Assembly: GCA_016874895.1 (NCBI GenBank)
Contig: VGSX01000001.1
Coordinates: 1-37,736 of the forward strand
Source of the DNA: Deltaproteobacteria bacterium
GTDB lineage: Bacteria > Desulfobacterota > Desulfobaccia > Desulfobaccales > Desulfobaccaceae
Reading direction: 5' to 3'
Length of the DNA stretch: 37,736 nt
The notes under the pieces are model-generated. The model was not told the DNA's origin, made no database searches, and saw nothing but the letters and a program-made list of their open reading frames with translations. Below are positions 35,655 to 37,736 of the stretch, piece by piece; the stretch's first letter is position 1, and each line of letters begins with the position of its first letter. The position numbers were made by a program, and so were the translations under genes.

Positions 35655-36447
35655 GTGGCTGAGCCCCGGTTTCATGCAAAATGCCCTGGTGGGCGGACTG
35701 CTCGTGAGCTTCGTCTGCGGCCTGCTGTCGGTGTTTATCGTGCTGCGGCGCATGGCCTTTGTAGGGGCCGGCGTGGCCCACTCGGCCTTCGGCGGGGTGG
35801 CTCTGGGGTTTTTACTCCAGGTCGATCCCTTCTGGACCGGCCTGTTTTTCTCTATCCTGGTGGCCTTTCTCATTGAGGGCGTGCAGAGCCGGGGACGAAT
35901 TGAGGAAGACACCGCCATCGGCATCTTCTTTGCCGCCGCCATGGCCCTGGGGGTGCTGTTTCTGCACTTCTCCCGAACTTATAATGTGGATATCTTCGGA
36001 GTCCTGTTCGGCAATATCCTGGCCATCGGACCCACCCAGTTACTCCAGGTGGGCGCGGTGGCCGTCATCGTCCTGGCTTTCATTCTGTTTTTTTTCAAGG
36101 AACTGGTTTTCATCAGTTTCGATGAAGAGATGGCCTGGGTGTGCGGCACACCGGTAAAGGCCTTGCGTTATCTGCTGCTGGCGGTGTTGGCCCTGGTGAT
36201 CATTGTCTCCATTTACCTGGTGGGCATCGTCCTGGTTTCGGCCCTGCTGGTCATCCCCGCGGCCGTGGCCCGCAATCTCACCCACCACATCCGCAGCATG
36301 ATCCTGGTCTCCACCGGGGTGGCCGTGGGCGCCACTTTGGCGGGCCTGGAACTCTCGTATATCATCGATTTACCGTCGGGCGCCACCATTGTTATCCTGC
36401 TGAGCCTGCTCTTCTTCGGCGCCACCCTCTGGGGACGCCGCAGGTAA
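35644..36447 (+). CDS. znuB: Zn/Mn ABC transporter permease
   Basis: VLRRMAFVGAGVAHSAFGG, EDTAIG, LFGNIL, SFDEE, VGIVLVSALLVIPAA, PSGATIV. Confidence 0.88.
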   Translation: MMSEWLSPGFMQNALVGGLLVSFVCGLLSVFIVLRRMAFVGAGVAHSAFGGVALGFLLQVDPFWTGLFFSILVAFLIEGVQSRGRIEEDTAIGIFFAAAMALGVLFLHFSRTYNVDIFGVLFGNILAIGPTQLLQVGAVAVIVLAFILFFFKELVFISFDEEMAWVCGTPVKALRYLLLAVLALVIIVSIYLVGIVLVSALLVIPAAVARNLTHHIRSMILVSTGVAVGATLAGLELSYIIDLPSGATIVILLSLLFFGATLWGRRR

Positions 36448-36489
36448 TCGGATTGTGCCGACGTTCAGCTTGAATTAATAAAAATATCA

Positions 36490-36530
36490 CCCCTCAACCC
36501 TAACCCTTCCCCACAAGCGGGGAGAGGGGA
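36490..36530 (+). repeat. CCCTCAACCCTAACCCTTCCCC...GGGGAGAGGGG hairpin element
   Basis: Second copy of the 30632-30675 family, also located between convergent genes. Confidence 0.7.
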
Positions 36531-36620
36531 TCGAGGACTTTTCGAATGGCCAGGAGTTATGCCAGGTTCAGTTTGGAATGCAATTATCTGGTACCCCGAA
36601 TTAAAAATAAAGAGTATTTT

Positions 36621-36653
36621 AACCAGAAAATGGAAACCAGAAACCGGAAACAG
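36621..36653. repeat. Heptamer tandem array AACCAGA AAATGGA AACCAGA AACCGGA AACAG
   Basis: About 4.7 units with a 7-bp period, immediately after the stop codon of the DMT gene. Confidence 0.7.
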
Positions 36654-36655
36654 TA

Positions 36656-37030
36656 TTAACTCTGGGAAATGATAACCACGCCCAGGCAGGTGATGAAAAT
36701 ACCGGTGAGGCGGATCCAGGTGACATTTTCGCCCAACAGCCACCAGCCCATAATCGCGGTTAAGACATACCCCACACTTATAAGGGGATAGGCGTAGCTC
36801 ACTTCGGCCTTGGCCAGGACGATGAGCCAGATGAGGAAGCCGGTGACGTAACAGGATAGACCCAGGAGGATATAGGGACTTAAGAAGGCGCGGAGAAAAA
36901 CCGGTCCCAGGTCCTGGAGGGAAATCTGGAAGTTGCCTATTCTATTCATGCCGTGCTTCAACAGCAACTGTCCCGTAACGTTGAACATAATATTAACACT
37001 GACCAGGGCCAGGACAACAGGACGGACCAT
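36656..37030 (-). CDS. Small 4-TM DMT/EamA-SMR family protein (ArnE/ArnF-like)
   Basis: 124 aa; GQLLLKHG, W..VL....VSYAYP..S..Y, GE.......G...I..GV. Confidence 0.8.
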   Translation of the reverse strand: MVRPVVLALVSVNIMFNVTGQLLLKHGMNRIGNFQISLQDLGPVFLRAFLSPYILLGLSCYVTGFLIWLIVLAKAEVSYAYPLISVGYVLTAIMGWWLLGENVTWIRLTGIFITCLGVVIISQS

Positions 37031-37222
37031 TGCTTACTTAACCTCTCTACTTTTAGTAAGATAATTGAATTGCCTGCAAACCCACTGCTGTAGTATGTGT
37101 TATAGCCTGGCATTAAGCAAGAATAATTTTCAATAATCGTACCAGGGCAGCTGCCGGGCAACCGCCAGATTAAAAAAAACTTCATTCCTCCTCTGACGAC
37201 AACTTAAGGATGGTATATCCCC

Positions 37223-37736
37223 ATGACGACCTCTTTGGAATTGCTGCAAACGTTATCCGAGTGTTTCGGCCCGCCGGGGGGTGAGGCGCCGGTGGCCCGA
37301 TTAGTGGAGGATCACCTGAGGCCTTTTTGCCAGCTCCGCCGGGACGGTTTGGGGTCGGTGCTGGCAGAGAAGACCGGACAACATGCCCGGCCGCGTCTGA
37401 TGCTGGCCGCGCATCTGGATGAAATCGGCTTTATGGTGCAGAACGTGACTTCCCAGGGGTATCTGCGCCTCCAGGCCCTGGGGGGCTGGGAGCCGGGCCT
37501 GTTGCCGGGCCAGCGCCTGCTGATTCAAACGGCCCGGGGCCGCGTGGAAGGTGTGGTGGCCGCGCTGCCGGTGCATTTCCAGAAGGAAAAGTCCAAAGAA
37601 ACCAAGATGGAAGACCTCCTGGTGGATATCGGGGCCGCCAGCGCCGACGAGGCCCGGAATCTGGGGGTAAGCCTGGGGGACCTGGCCGTGCCGAGGGGAG
37701 GTTTTGCCGTTTTTAACGACAACTATCTGGTCAACA
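37223..37736 (+). CDS. M42 family metallopeptidase/endoglucanase-like (partial; runs off the window and is absent from the ORF track)
   Basis: Manual translation gives MTTSLELLQTLSECFGPPGGE...DGLGSV...LMLAAHLDEIGFMV...LGGW...VDIGA...LGVSLGD. Confidence 0.9.
   Translation, partial: MTTSLELLQTLSECFGPPGGEAPVARLVEDHLRPFCQLRRDGLGSVLAEKTGQHARPRLMLAAHLDEIGFMVQNVTSQGYLRLQALGGWEPGLLPGQRLLIQTARGRVEGVVAALPVHFQKEKSKETKMEDLLVDIGAASADEARNLGVSLGDLAVPRGGFAVFNDNYLVN

Overview
A GC-rich bacterial chromosomal window. Gene content and order suggest Desulfobacterota/deltaproteobacteria, possibly Desulfobacca-like (inference). (1) 106-11485 is an accessory locus. A sigma54 promoter drives a minus-strand unit encoding a universal stress protein, a small DVU0150-like membrane protein, a TauE/SafE transporter and a DUF4881-like lipoprotein. 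After a terminator and an extended -10 promoter come a two-TM membrane protein, a sensor kinase with an atypical H-box, an NtrC-type regulator and hemW. Divergently transcribed is an 884-aa PEP-synthase-like dikinase that lacks the pyruvate-binding barrel and has an unassigned C-terminal domain. (2) 11752-30549 is a dcw cluster: mraZ rsmH ftsL ftsI murE murF mraY murD ftsW murG murC ftsQ ftsA ftsZ (no murB or ddl), followed by a radical SAM gene. (3) 30851-37736 encodes a glycine-zipper lipoprotein, an MBL hydrolase, pcnB, znuACB, a small DMT-family protein and a truncated M42 peptidase. Many intergenic spacers carry short dispersed repeats of at least six families: GTAG-type REPs, heptamer-armed ~140 bp elements, AAAATCCCCC elements, CCCTCACCCC hairpins, 9-mer arrays and heptamer arrays. 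They are often nested, and one is inserted in frame inside hemW. No rRNA, tRNA, CRISPR array or transposase was seen. Family names come from motif recognition by eye; no searches were run.
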